64,000 bases of DNA from an uncultured virus (IMG/VR IMGVR_UViG_2706795104_000001) (lineage: Duplodnaviria > Heunggongvirae > Uroviricota > Caudoviricetes > Herelleviridae): positions 88,779-152,778 of IMG/VR virus record IMGVR_UViG_2706795104_000001. The stretch is one strand, 5' to 3'. Positions within the stretch are counted from its first letter, which is position 1, and each line of letters opens with the position of its first letter. Of this stretch, positions 40,097 to 49,369 are shown in pieces. The position numbers and the translations under genes were made by a program. Under the pieces are notes generated by a model. That model was not told the origin of the DNA. It saw nothing but the letters and a program-made list of their open reading frames with translations, and searched no databases.

Positions 40097-40723
40097 ATGC
40101 CAAGTTCATACACGCAAGGAATTGTTGCTGGAAGAGAACGTACAGGTAAAGAGTATCTAATTCGTTATGCGAAAGGTTTAGCAGCTTTAAATCACATGGG
40201 TAGCAAGCCGATGGAAGCTTATCCTGAGTTCCAAAAGCTTGATGTGCAACGTTACCAGGATAACATTAAACATTTAGAGGATGAGCTGTTTGAGGTTACT
40301 CATTTAGGTGAGTGGGGTTTAAACGCTAGATGGAAAGAAGCTAATCTTGATGAGCAATACAAGTTTAACAAGCAAGCTAGAGAGGACGTAGACCTGCGTA
40401 ACCGATACGATAAAGTTATCAAAGAAGTTGAAGCGTGGGAACCGACTACGGATCGTTTAAAGCAAATGAAAGAAGATGCGATAGAGCACTTGAAGTACGT
40501 TCGTGAGTACGACTGCCGACCTGTGAATTGGAGAGAGACAGAGAGCAACCTGTATAAGCCAATCCATTACGCTACACCTGAAGACTGGCAGAAAGCTACA
40601 ATCGAATCATTAAAGAAACAAATAGCATTCAACAAAGAACAGTTGGCAGAGGAGATTAAACGTACACACGCTAACAATCTATTTATCTCTGATTTAATCT
40701 CTTCCTTGGAGGGAACGCAATAA
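40097..40723 (+). CDS. Hypothetical helical protein
   Basis: GAGGAGG RBS before ATG 40097. Confidence 0.75.
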   Translation: MPSSYTQGIVAGRERTGKEYLIRYAKGLAALNHMGSKPMEAYPEFQKLDVQRYQDNIKHLEDELFEVTHLGEWGLNARWKEANLDEQYKFNKQAREDVDLRNRYDKVIKEVEAWEPTTDRLKQMKEDAIEHLKYVREYDCRPVNWRETESNLYKPIHYATPEDWQKATIESLKKQIAFNKEQLAEEIKRTHANNLFISDLISSLEGTQ

Positions 40724-41043
40724 TGAAAGTAGTCGATCCGATGAAAGTTGCATTTGTTCTCGATTATCTACATAGAGGTGGAGAACTACGCATGGACGGT
40801 TCAACGTTCGTATGGTTACATAATGAGAAGGTAGGAGAGTCCGAAACCCACGAATACTTCATTGATGGGTTAGCTCGTAAGATGACGAAGACAAACTTAT
40901 CTACAGGTGAAGAGACTCCTCACTACATGGGATGCAAAGATATGACCTTACCTTACTTCTTCAGTATATTAGATGAAATCGAACCTACTGTGTACACGGA
41001 AATGTTAGTTAATCTACAACAAATGAGGGAGGGAAAACGATGA
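40723..41043 (+). CDS. Hypothetical protein
   Basis: GGAGG RBS, TAATG coupling. Confidence 0.7.
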   Translation: MKVVDPMKVAFVLDYLHRGGELRMDGSTFVWLHNEKVGESETHEYFIDGLARKMTKTNLSTGEETPHYMGCKDMTLPYFFSILDEIEPTVYTEMLVNLQQMREGKR

Positions 41044-41285
41044 ATCTAAAGAAAAAGAAGGAGAGTAAAAGTAACGTGAAAGACACGATATACTACTCAA
41101 TGGCTGGTTTAGTGTTGTTGCTACTTGCGGCCATTGTAGCACTACTGTTTGCTTGCATACCGATGGGAATTGTGTGGTTCGTTCTTGTAGGCATATTGCA
41201 GTACTCGATACCTGTTAGATTGATTTACTGGGTCGTATACGGATTCACACTAATATTTGTCATTATAATGGCATTAGAAGACTAG
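41040..41285 (+). CDS. Membrane protein
   Basis: Hydrophobic; similar layout to the next gene. Confidence 0.7.
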   Translation: MNLKKKKESKSNVKDTIYYSMAGLVLLLLAAIVALLFACIPMGIVWFVLVGILQYSIPVRLIYWVVYGFTLIFVIIMALED

Positions 41286-41296
41286 GAGGGAAAAGA

Positions 41297-41509
41297 ATGA
41301 AAGGTATGGCAGCTTTTGTTGGTATGGTAATTGGATTGGCGCTTGTTGGATTGGTGGCATTGTTCTACTCGTTAATTCCTGCAACAATGATTTGGGCTAT
41401 CGCAACGCAAGCATTTAGTTTTGACACAACGTTTAAAGGGATTTACTGGGCTACGTTCTTCGTAATGTTCCTGTTACTCCTGTTTAAAGGAATCACAAAA
41501 GGAAAATAA
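41297..41509 (+). CDS. Membrane protein
   Basis: Hydrophobic; GGAGG RBS. Confidence 0.7.
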   Translation: MKGMAAFVGMVIGLALVGLVALFYSLIPATMIWAIATQAFSFDTTFKGIYWATFFVMFLLLLFKGITKGK

Positions 41510-41591
41510 AAGGTATAAACGGGTATGTTAGAGGATATAATGACTGTAACATACCCTATAAAATAGAAACAAAAAATTTTTTAAATAGTTG

Positions 41592-41620
41592 TTGACTATG
41601 AGAAAACAACATGATAAGAT
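41592..41620 (+). promoter_or_regulatory. sigmaA-type early promoter
   Basis: TTGACT-N17-TAAGAT with TG extension. Confidence 0.8.
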
Positions 41621-41662
41621 TAAGACAGTTAAAACAAACCAATTAATTAGGAGGAAACAAAA

Positions 41663-42370
41663 ATGACAAAAGTACAAGTAAAACACAACACTACTGGTGA
41701 GGTTGCAGTAATCGTTGAAGATTCAAAAGGGATCGTAACAGTAACAAAGAATGGTCAAAATGTAACATTAGCAAACCAAACGGCAAAGTCAGTTGAAGCA
41801 CAATTCAATCAAGCAGGTTGGGTGACACAAACTCCTGAGACAGAGTTATTCGAAGCTTCACACAAACAAGTGATTCAAGTAGAAGACGTAACATTAGTAA
41901 CAGAAGTAAATAAAGCAGGTGGAACAAACGTTGTAGAAGTAACAGAAGAAGAAAATGCAGATGATTTAATCCCTGCTAAAATTAAAAAGGACTTAGACGA
42001 GTTCCTTCGCTTACATGCAGAAGCTGCCAAGTTAAAAACACAAATGGATAAACTGAAAAAGGGTGTACGTGAGTACATGGACAAAAACGACCTTACAGAG
42101 GTTAAAGGATCAAACGGTAAGAAAGTAGTCCTACAAGAGGGAATGAAGTCGAACTCATCTTCAGTGTACACAGACTACAACTTCAATGATGTAGCAGCGG
42201 CCCTAAACGATAACGACTTACTGAAAGAAGTAACAGAAGTACGTATCAATGGTGACAAGTTAAAAGGTCTTCTAGGTCTAGGTAAACTTCCTAACGAGAA
42301 GGTTAAAGAAATTCAAGAGCTTAAAATCGCGATCCCAGGTACACCGAAATTCGTAGTAAAAAATAACTAA
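41663..42370 (+). CDS. Hypothetical protein (central coiled coil)
   Basis: GGAGG RBS; hairpin AGGGGC/GCCCCT downstream. Confidence 0.8.
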   Translation: MTKVQVKHNTTGEVAVIVEDSKGIVTVTKNGQNVTLANQTAKSVEAQFNQAGWVTQTPETELFEASHKQVIQVEDVTLVTEVNKAGGTNVVEVTEEENADDLIPAKIKKDLDEFLRLHAEAAKLKTQMDKLKKGVREYMDKNDLTEVKGSNGKKVVLQEGMKSNSSSVYTDYNFNDVAAALNDNDLLKEVTEVRINGDKLKGLLGLGKLPNEKVKEIQELKIAIPGTPKFVVKNN

Positions 42371-42416
42371 ATACATAGGGGCTTCGTGCCCCTTACCTTT
42401 AAAGGAGGAAACGAAA

Positions 42417-42626
42417 ATGAAATTGGACGGAATGATCTCAGTTTGGGTAGATATAGAAAATTACAACGTGTATCGGCTTGGGGGAAAAGCAGTTTCTTGG
42501 GAAGCACGTGGTGTAAAAGAACGAATTAATTTGGTTGTGCCGATAAATCATGTAGACGGTATATACGACAACGGTAAAGAGGGTTACGAAATTGACATCA
42601 TTGATAGTTCTATAGGTATTAAATAA
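42417..42626 (+). CDS. Hypothetical protein
   Basis: AAGGAGG RBS. Confidence 0.7.
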   Translation: MKLDGMISVWVDIENYNVYRLGGKAVSWEARGVKERINLVVPINHVDGIYDNGKEGYEIDIIDSSIGIK

Positions 42627-42874
42627 TGGACGAGAAGAAAGAAGTAATAGTCGGTAGATGCGCTTCACTAGGTTGGTCAGACTTACATTTAGATGACGTA
42701 ATACTCGTTGTGTGGGACTCAGCAGAAGCGTTAAAACCTGTACAACAAAGTTTCTCAATGGAATCAATGATACAGTATACAACGGTAGAAATGGAAGAAA
42801 TTAAAGAAAAAGCAGAAAAGAGAGCGCAGGATCAGTTTAAAAAGATGTTATCAAAACCAAGACGAAAACGATAA
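42626..42874 (+). CDS. Hypothetical protein
   Basis: TAATG coupling. Confidence 0.6.
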   Translation: MDEKKEVIVGRCASLGWSDLHLDDVILVVWDSAEALKPVQQSFSMESMIQYTTVEMEEIKEKAEKRAQDQFKKMLSKPRRKR

Positions 42875-42887
42875 GGGGCTGGTACTA

Positions 42888-43199
42888 TTGAAACAACCTA
42901 GCTACAAAGAAGTGAAGAACCACATTCACAATACGTTAGGACTTACAAAAGAAGACATACAGTACATGATTCAACAAACAGTTAATAAGGAACTGTCAAT
43001 ACTTCTACGATCTGAAGAACTACATCACAGAATACAAGGTCACATTGAGACTAAGGTTAACGATGTGTTAGGTCGAGGTTACTCGAAACGAGAGCAGTTA
43101 GTAGAGAAAGTCGAGGACACGGTCAGACGTGAAATAGCTTCAAGATTAACAGGTCTGTTAGAAATCAGTATCCAAGTAAAAGTAAAAGAGGAGGAATAA
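42888..43199 (+). CDS. Hypothetical protein
   Basis: AAGGGG RBS, TTG start. Confidence 0.65.
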   Translation: MKQPSYKEVKNHIHNTLGLTKEDIQYMIQQTVNKELSILLRSEELHHRIQGHIETKVNDVLGRGYSKREQLVEKVEDTVRREIASRLTGLLEISIQVKVKEEE

Positions 43200-43201
43200 T
43201 T

Positions 43202-43783
43202 ATGAATATGAACAAATTATTAGGATTCGGTAAAACTTATGGAGTAGGTGACGAGAAGTTAGGAAATAAAGTAGAATTTACAGGGATTGACGTTACAGAT
43301 TCTTCAGATTATATTAGTGTAATGGTTAGTGACATGGACGAACGAGCGATAGTAAAGGAAGTTATTGATAGCTACGTAGCAACTAATATCCGTTCCATGT
43401 GGCTTCACCGAGTGGACACTACATTATTAAACGAGATGTCGGAGATGGCTAAGTCCCACAAGTATATGGAGATTCGTTTCGACTTCTACGATAATGAAGA
43501 CGATCCTTCCTTCTGTACAAAAACAGCGTTTGAAGGAGTTGGGTATGGTTGGCTCGGAGTTGTAAACCAATTCAATTACGAAGCAGGTATCAGTATACTG
43601 CGTGGGGAGGTAGCTAAGTTTATTGACTCTACAAAGAAAGACCTAGATAATGGTGTAACAATATTCGCAGTTGTTACTGAGTACGGTGATAACGTTATGT
43701 ATCATTTCATCGGTCGTCCCCGATTGAACGCAGACGTAATGTTTACATTCTCAGATAAGAAGATTCGTGACTACGGTAATTAA
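43202..43783 (+). CDS. Hypothetical protein
   Basis: GAGGAGG RBS. Confidence 0.75.
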   Translation: MNMNKLLGFGKTYGVGDEKLGNKVEFTGIDVTDSSDYISVMVSDMDERAIVKEVIDSYVATNIRSMWLHRVDTTLLNEMSEMAKSHKYMEIRFDFYDNEDDPSFCTKTAFEGVGYGWLGVVNQFNYEAGISILRGEVAKFIDSTKKDLDNGVTIFAVVTEYGDNVMYHFIGRPRLNADVMFTFSDKKIRDYGN

Positions 43784-43789
43784 AAAGGG

Positions 43790-44209
43790 GTGAGTGAAGT
43801 GGCAGAGAGCTGGCTTACATGTGGTGGGGATCAGCAATGGATGTCTGAAGCAGAGTATATGTACATGAACGAAGACATTACGATTGAGCCTTTCGAAGAC
43901 GAGGACTTAGAGGAGCAGGATAGAGTAAAGCGTGACAATGCAAGTAAGCTAATCAGGAAGTTAGCTTTGTACGGTAGACGTATGAAAAATAGTGGTGTGG
44001 TTGTACTAGACATATTATGTCTCGATGAGTTAGTAGTTCTTGCCGATAGTGCCGCAGAAGAAGGTACGTACAATAGGAAGTATATTCGTTCAGCTTTTGA
44101 TGTTGTCCACGGTAAAGCACATTACCTGTCACTTCAGAAGAAACGTTTAGTATTAATGGGGTTTATCAGACCTTATGTAGATATTAAAGTATTAACATTT
44201 TCGGAATGA
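43790..44209 (+). CDS. Hypothetical protein
   Basis: ORF fills the gap; start may be GTG 43799. Confidence 0.65.
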   Translation: MSEVAESWLTCGGDQQWMSEAEYMYMNEDITIEPFEDEDLEEQDRVKRDNASKLIRKLALYGRRMKNSGVVVLDILCLDELVVLADSAAEEGTYNRKYIRSAFDVVHGKAHYLSLQKKRLVLMGFIRPYVDIKVLTFSE

Positions 44210-44221
44210 GGAGGAATAACA

Positions 44222-44716
44222 ATGGAGAAGCTTAAAGAAGGACAACTAACACCTTATAAAGACAAACACGGTAGAATCATCGCAATAGGTGAAAGAGTCG
44301 AGTTAGAGGGTTGTGAGTTCGATGTAATCCAAAACGATTTTACAAATGAAATTGTAATTGACGGTGATACAGGTCAAACGGAGCTACGTATGGTGGCGCA
44401 CATGTGCGAAGTTATATTTTACTCCGAACTAGGTAAGCAAACTTTGCTTAACGAGAAAATAGATATCGTTTTAAGTAACAAATATAAGGACGCAGATGAC
44501 GTTCTAAGGAACATTTGGGAGCTGAAGAACAAATTCGTAGCTAAATGCGGTTTTAGATTAATGCCAAACACAGTATACTTAGGGGAGAACCTAGTTACAT
44601 TACTAAATGACAACCACCCGTTTACTGATCGTGTAGTAGATGTATTCGGTATGAGTATCGTAGAAGTACTAGACACTGACCATGTATCACTAGGTCTTAC
44701 GTTGGAAAAGCACTAG
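44222..44716 (+). CDS. Hypothetical protein (YopX-like N-terminus)
   Basis: GQLT.YKDKHG..I..GE.V resembles the YopX motif. Confidence 0.6.
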   Translation: MEKLKEGQLTPYKDKHGRIIAIGERVELEGCEFDVIQNDFTNEIVIDGDTGQTELRMVAHMCEVIFYSELGKQTLLNEKIDIVLSNKYKDADDVLRNIWELKNKFVAKCGFRLMPNTVYLGENLVTLLNDNHPFTDRVVDVFGMSIVEVLDTDHVSLGLTLEKH

Positions 44717-44740
44717 AGCGCACAGACGCTCTTTTTTTTT
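44715..44740 (+). terminator. Rho-independent terminator
   Basis: AGAGCG/CGCTCT plus T-run. Confidence 0.8.
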
Positions 44741-44808
44741 ATACCTACATCGTCCGATCCGTAACCTATATGATACGCTGTAACTTATAAAAAAATTACA
44801 AAATAGTG

Positions 44809-44838
44809 TAGACAACCACTAGAATCCTATGCTACACT
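44809..44838 (+). promoter_or_regulatory. sigmaA-type promoter for the sigma-factor operon
   Basis: TAGACA-N18-TACACT with TG extension. Confidence 0.6.
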
Positions 44839-44883
44839 GATTACAGATAAGTTATCTAGAATAACTCAGGGAGTGGTAGTAGC

Positions 44884-45654
44884 ATGAATAAGAAAAGGGC
44901 AGGTAGCACTTACACCTTCGCCAAAAAGGTACTCACAAAGGAAGAAACATATGAACTAATTGAGAGGTCACAAGCAGGAGAGGAGGAAGCAACAGAATCA
45001 TTAGTCGAACACAACGCTCGACTTGTCACTTATGTAGTAAGACGAAAGAACAATCCGTATCACGAATATGACGACCTGTTTCAATTAGGAATGATTGGAT
45101 TAATAACTGCTATAGCGAAGTTCGATACTTCAAAAGGACTACAGTTTTCCACTTATGCGGTCCGATGGATTGACGCAGAGATTGGCAACTACTTGAAGAA
45201 CAGAACTTCTATCTTAAAGGTTCCGAGGGAGATCGGTGCAATCGTTAATAAAATCCTTGCAGTTAAGTTGAAGAACGAGGAACCAGCTATTATAATGGAG
45301 AAGCTAAAGTTAGATGCAAGTCAGTTAGATAACGTCACGATTGCTTTAGAGATTATACACAATGAAGTCATTAGTTTGGACAAGCAGACAGGAGAAGAGA
45401 AAGATGACTCACTATCTTCAATTGTTGGACAAGATGTTAACCAAGACTGGTTCTCAGGTTTAGCATTTTACGATATTATTAGATTCCTAGACGATAAGGA
45501 ACAATCCGTACTTACATTAAAGTACGTTCACGACATGTCCAGTAATAAGATTGCAACATTGTTCGGTACATACGCAAATAAGATATCTCGATTAGAGAAA
45601 GTGGCTTTAGACAAACTACGAGAGCGTTACACATACGAGGAGTTGATAAATTAA
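44884..45654 (+). CDS. SigF/SigG/SigB-like sigma factor 1
   Basis: LVEHNARLV, DDLFQLGMIGL..AI.KFD, FSTYAV.WI.AEI, LKVPR, ISLD, ISRLEK.AL. Confidence 0.9.
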   Translation: MNKKRAGSTYTFAKKVLTKEETYELIERSQAGEEEATESLVEHNARLVTYVVRRKNNPYHEYDDLFQLGMIGLITAIAKFDTSKGLQFSTYAVRWIDAEIGNYLKNRTSILKVPREIGAIVNKILAVKLKNEEPAIIMEKLKLDASQLDNVTIALEIIHNEVISLDKQTGEEKDDSLSSIVGQDVNQDWFSGLAFYDIIRFLDDKEQSVLTLKYVHDMSSNKIATLFGTYANKISRLEKVALDKLRERYTYEELIN

Positions 45655-45663
45655 AAATAGGGA

Positions 45664-46425
45664 GTGGGAGAAATGATATTATGGAAGGTAAGAGGTATTG
45701 AACTAACTCGGGAAGAAACAATCGAACTTGTGAAAGAAGCTAGAGCAGGATCAGAGGAAGCAAAAGAGAAAATTATACTTGGTTATAAAGGTATGGTGTA
45801 TACATTGGCTAAACGGTTCAGCAGAAGCAAACAACACGAGTTCGAAGACATGTTTCAAGAAGGGTTGACTATCTTATTAGAAGTAGTGGACAAGTTCGAT
45901 ATCGACTCAGGTTACGCATTCAGTACGTACGCTTATCCATTTGTCTTCGGCAAGATGAACAACGTTCGCAAACGGTACAATCCTATCAAAATATCAGCAC
46001 ATATTACCGATATTATTTCGAGGATTAGAAAGTATAAGCTAACGGATAGAAGTGAGAAGGAAATATACGAGTTCCTTAATAAAGAGTATGAATTAAAATG
46101 GGTTCGAGCTGCACTTGAGTACATGCGTAGAGGTAAGGTTCTAAGCCTTGAGAAGACTTTTGCCGAGGATGAGGAGAGTGACTGGGCCGCAACATTGAAG
46201 GAGGTGGTGTCCAAGGACGCTAACGGTGATTGGGAGTTGATGATGGACATTAAAGGATGTGTACCGAGTCTAACATCTTATGAGCAGTATGCGTTCTGTG
46301 AGCACATTCTAAAGGATAGAATGCAGTCAGATATCGCAGAGGAGTTAGGAGTAAAACCACAGACAGTATCCAAGCATGTTAATAAAGCATGTAGAAAAAT
46401 TAAATTAGAACTAGGAGGAGTTTAA
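45664..46425 (+). CDS. SigF/SigG/SigB-like sigma factor 2
   Basis: EDMFQEG, DKFD, FSTYAYP...G, LSLE, Q.DIAEELGV.PQTVS. Confidence 0.88.
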   Translation: MGEMILWKVRGIELTREETIELVKEARAGSEEAKEKIILGYKGMVYTLAKRFSRSKQHEFEDMFQEGLTILLEVVDKFDIDSGYAFSTYAYPFVFGKMNNVRKRYNPIKISAHITDIISRIRKYKLTDRSEKEIYEFLNKEYELKWVRAALEYMRRGKVLSLEKTFAEDEESDWAATLKEVVSKDANGDWELMMDIKGCVPSLTSYEQYAFCEHILKDRMQSDIAEELGVKPQTVSKHVNKACRKIKLELGGV

Positions 46426-46426
46426 T

Positions 46427-46918
46427 ATGTCAACAACTTATGAAACATTTGAAAGCAAAAAGCAAGCAGCTATTAAATTATTACAGGAGACAACACTCAC
46501 TCTACGAGAGATTGGGGAACGTACTGGTCTTTCAGCAGGTACAGTAGGATCGTGGTCGAAGGAACATCGTCCTGCACATATTTCTAAACGAAATCAACGT
46601 TTAGGGTCACTAAAAGGCGCAGAGACTACTCGGAAGATACTAGCAGGTAGACCTAGAGGTAAAAAAGTTAATGTGGTTCTTCCGAATATCGGAGACTTTA
46701 AGGAAGATGACGAGTCTACAAATGTGGTTATGTCAGTCGATACAGAGACGAGCATAAGCAACGATCCGTTCGACTTCCATTTCAGTATCAATGCGTCCGA
46801 AGCTAATATAGATAAAGAGGAAGCCGTATCCCGACTACGTAGCGCACTAGAAATCCTAGAAGGTCTTCCATCGTCAAAAGTATCGCTAAACTTATCAATT
46901 AATAAAGGGGAAAAGTAA
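46427..46918 (+). CDS. HTH-domain protein
   Basis: TLREIGERTGLSAGTVGSW. Confidence 0.75.
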   Translation: MSTTYETFESKKQAAIKLLQETTLTLREIGERTGLSAGTVGSWSKEHRPAHISKRNQRLGSLKGAETTRKILAGRPRGKKVNVVLPNIGDFKEDDESTNVVMSVDTETSISNDPFDFHFSINASEANIDKEEAVSRLRSALEILEGLPSSKVSLNLSINKGEK

Positions 46919-46919
46919 C

Positions 46920-47180
46920 ATGGAAAACAAAACACCGAATTACCTTGTATGGGATGTTGAAGAAGTATCAAGTGTGTGCAGTCCCGAGGAGATGCAGATG
47001 CTTAACAACGTCATCGACAAAGTGCTACAAGCAAGGTTACAAAGGGGACAATCTAATAACGTACAGTACTTAGTAATCCCTAGCTTTAAGCCGTACTACC
47101 GTCCAATCTCAGAGATGTTAGGACTTATACAAGCTTCTAACAACCAAGGATATATGAAAGGATACAATGATGCAAACTAA
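46920..47180 (+). CDS. Hypothetical protein
   Basis: AAGGGG RBS. Confidence 0.7.
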   Translation: MENKTPNYLVWDVEEVSSVCSPEEMQMLNNVIDKVLQARLQRGQSNNVQYLVIPSFKPYYRPISEMLGLIQASNNQGYMKGYNDAN

Positions 47181-47211
47181 CTTCCGATATTTTTTCGGAA
47201 GTTTTTTTTTT
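47179..47211 (+). terminator. Rho-independent terminator
   Basis: AACTTCCGA/TCGGAAGTT plus T-run. Confidence 0.85.
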
Positions 47212-47216
47212 CGTAC

Positions 47217-47272
47217 AGGCAACTTTCTCCACGTTTACCCATATCATTTAACTAAGTAATACAAAATAACAC
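47217..47272 (+). promoter_or_regulatory. Putative sigmaK-like or phage-sigma promoter plus operator repeats
   Basis: AGGCAAC-N16-CATATCAT then GTAATACAAA-ATAACAC; same layout at 53509-53578. Confidence 0.55.
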
Positions 47273-47306
47273 TTCCTCACACAGAGGAAAACAGGAGGTA
47301 ATACTT

Positions 47307-48404
47307 TTGATTACAAATAAAACAATCCGTTTGAACCCACAACCTGATAGTCTTTCGGTAGCTGCTTTAGATGATGGTTTCGGTGATATCAAATATGACT
47401 ACAACGGTTCACCATTATTAATCCCATCATTCGTAATTCCTTACAAACCAAAACCAAAGGATGACTTCTCCACTGGAAGTAAGTTAGAGTACATCGCATG
47501 TGAAGTAGACGGTAGAAGATACGTAGTCGGTGATTACGCAATTAAAATGGGAACAAATGTTGACTGGATCGGTGGAGAAAATAAGCACCTGGATAAACGG
47601 TTCCCGATAATGTTTAAGACCGCACTAGCTAGGATGGCACGAGGGGTGCAGGAGAGAGTATATACACTCATGATGAACCTTCCTATTAAAAACGATACGG
47701 CAGAGCGCAGAAAGGCTCTAACCAACCTTGTACGAAATACACATGAAATATCCATATCTTACGATGGTGTGGAGTTCATGCCAAAGATAATCACAGTAGA
47801 AGATGTAGTTATCAAGAAGCAACCTTTTGGATCGTTATGCGATGTCATGCTAAACAATGACGGAGAAATCATCGACCACGATGTAGCAAAAGGATTCGTA
47901 GTTCTAGTTGATGTAGGAGCAAGAACACTAAATATTCTGACAGTTGATGGATTAGAGGAACAACCTGAACTGACTACACATACAAACAACGGAATGTTTC
48001 AAGCGTATACGGCAGTTAGTCAGTATCTAGAATCGTCTCACGGAATTATGGTTCCTGATGGAAAGCTTCCTATGATAATGAAATCTAAGGAAATACGAAA
48101 CATGGATATTACAGACCTAGTGAATCAGGCATACGAGAACCACGCCAACACGATCCTAAACGTACTTGATAAACTTTTAATCGACTCATATGGGTTTGTA
48201 ACTACAGTGATATTTACTGGTGGTGGCGCAGAGCTAATGAAACCACACCTGGAAGAGAAATACAGAGGTACTAACATTCGTACACTGTTCCTAGATAGAT
48301 ATGCAAACGCAAGAGGACTTCGCAAGTACGGTATACGTTCTGCAAAGAAGCAACAAAAGAAAGGGATTAACATTCACGTAGGGGGTAACTCTTATAACGG
48401 ATAG
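47307..48404 (+). CDS. parM: ParM/StbA-family actin-like ATPase
   Basis: DDGFGDIK, QPFG, VDVGART, FTGGGA, ANARG actin-fold motifs. Confidence 0.9.
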   Translation: MITNKTIRLNPQPDSLSVAALDDGFGDIKYDYNGSPLLIPSFVIPYKPKPKDDFSTGSKLEYIACEVDGRRYVVGDYAIKMGTNVDWIGGENKHLDKRFPIMFKTALARMARGVQERVYTLMMNLPIKNDTAERRKALTNLVRNTHEISISYDGVEFMPKIITVEDVVIKKQPFGSLCDVMLNNDGEIIDHDVAKGFVVLVDVGARTLNILTVDGLEEQPELTTHTNNGMFQAYTAVSQYLESSHGIMVPDGKLPMIMKSKEIRNMDITDLVNQAYENHANTILNVLDKLLIDSYGFVTTVIFTGGGAELMKPHLEEKYRGTNIRTLFLDRYANARGLRKYGIRSAKKQQKKGINIHVGGNSYNG

Positions 48405-48417
48405 GGAGGAGGTTTGA

Positions 48418-48741
48418 GTGAGACAGTCATTATATCTTAGGGAGAGATTAGATGCCGATATCTTAGATGTAGTAGAACCGTTAATGAAGCACGCAAGCTT
48501 TGCACACGTAATACGAGAACTGATCCGAGATGGTATAAAGTACAGAGCGATGCAGAAGAGTGGAGCTATGTATGAGAAAGTAACACAAAGTAATCCAGTA
48601 TCGAAACCTTATAAACCAAAGGCTTCAGGAGTGAAGTATGAGAATATACCACAAAGTAATACAAAACCATTAATGAATGTGCAAATTAAGAAAAAGGAAC
48701 TATCAAAACAGGAAATCGAGAACAAATTAGATGCATTCTAA
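48418..48741 (+). CDS. Ribbon-helix-helix ParR-like adaptor
   Basis: RQSLYL..D.DIL...VIRELIRDGI directly after parM; GGGAGGAGG RBS. Confidence 0.7.
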   Translation: MRQSLYLRERLDADILDVVEPLMKHASFAHVIRELIRDGIKYRAMQKSGAMYEKVTQSNPVSKPYKPKASGVKYENIPQSNTKPLMNVQIKKKELSKQEIENKLDAF

Positions 48742-48748
48742 ATCCATC

Positions 48749-48851
48749 TTACCCGTATTACCTAATTACCCAATTACCCACGGGTAAGACGTAATTACCC
48801 ACTAATTACCCACATTTATGAGTATGTTATTTCCGAGGGTAATTAGGGTAA
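48749..48851. repeat. (AA)TTACCC direct and inverted repeat array, candidate centromere or origin
   Basis: About 6 direct copies (48749-48811) and 3 inverted GGGTAA copies (48782, 48837, 48846). Confidence 0.8.
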
Positions 48852-48904
48852 AATCAGTCGTATCAAGGGTTTTACACGGGTCACACGAAATTCATCTTTC
48901 CCAG

Positions 48905-49066
48905 TCAATCAATAACACGAAAATCATGCAATACAGTAAGGATTGTGTAAAGTTGCTCCATGTTAATATCAATTTTCTTCTTCTCCTTAATTTCTTGAAG
49001 AACTAGATGGTCAATAAATTTCATTTGCTTTTCGTAACGATACTCACTATCTGTACTGAACCACAT
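48905..49066 (-). CDS. Small antisense-strand protein (53 aa, not in ORF track)
   Basis: AAAGGAGG RBS 9 nt before ATG; MWFSTDSEYRYEKQMKFIDHLVLQEIKEKKKIDINMEQLYTILTVLHDFRVID. Confidence 0.7.
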   Translation of the reverse strand: MWFSTDSEYRYEKQMKFIDHLVLQEIKEKKKIDINMEQLYTILTVLHDFRVID

Positions 49067-49151
49067 TCTTCGCTTCCTCCTTTATAGTTGAATCATTAAG
49101 TTACCTGTAGTATTGCCAAATAAAAAATAAATATACATGGAGGTTTTAAAA

Positions 49152-49337
49152 ATGGGTATTTTGACAACTGGTGTTTCAATCGTGGTTATGTGCTCGGCAG
49201 GTATTGCAGTCTCTACTGTATTTAAATGGTTACACAATTACGAGTTCAATATCGGTAAACCGAATAACGGATCGCGGTCGGGCGGAAATGACCGTATTAG
49301 CAGTTTGAATGACCGAGTTAAACCAGGCAACCGTTAA
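49152..49337 (+). CDS. Small single-TM protein
   Basis: GGAGG RBS; N-terminal hydrophobic helix. Confidence 0.7.
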   Translation: MGILTTGVSIVVMCSAGIAVSTVFKWLHNYEFNIGKPNNGSRSGGNDRISSLNDRVKPGNR

Positions 49338-49369
49338 TAATAGAAGGTAACTATAAAGGAGGAAGTAAA

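Noticed and set aside
48749-48851. CRISPR array
   Set aside because: Units are 6-9 bp in mixed orientation with no unique spacers and no cas genes.
48818-49006. + strand 62-aa ORF
   Set aside because: No RBS; it overlaps the repeat array and the better-supported minus-strand ORF 48905-49066.
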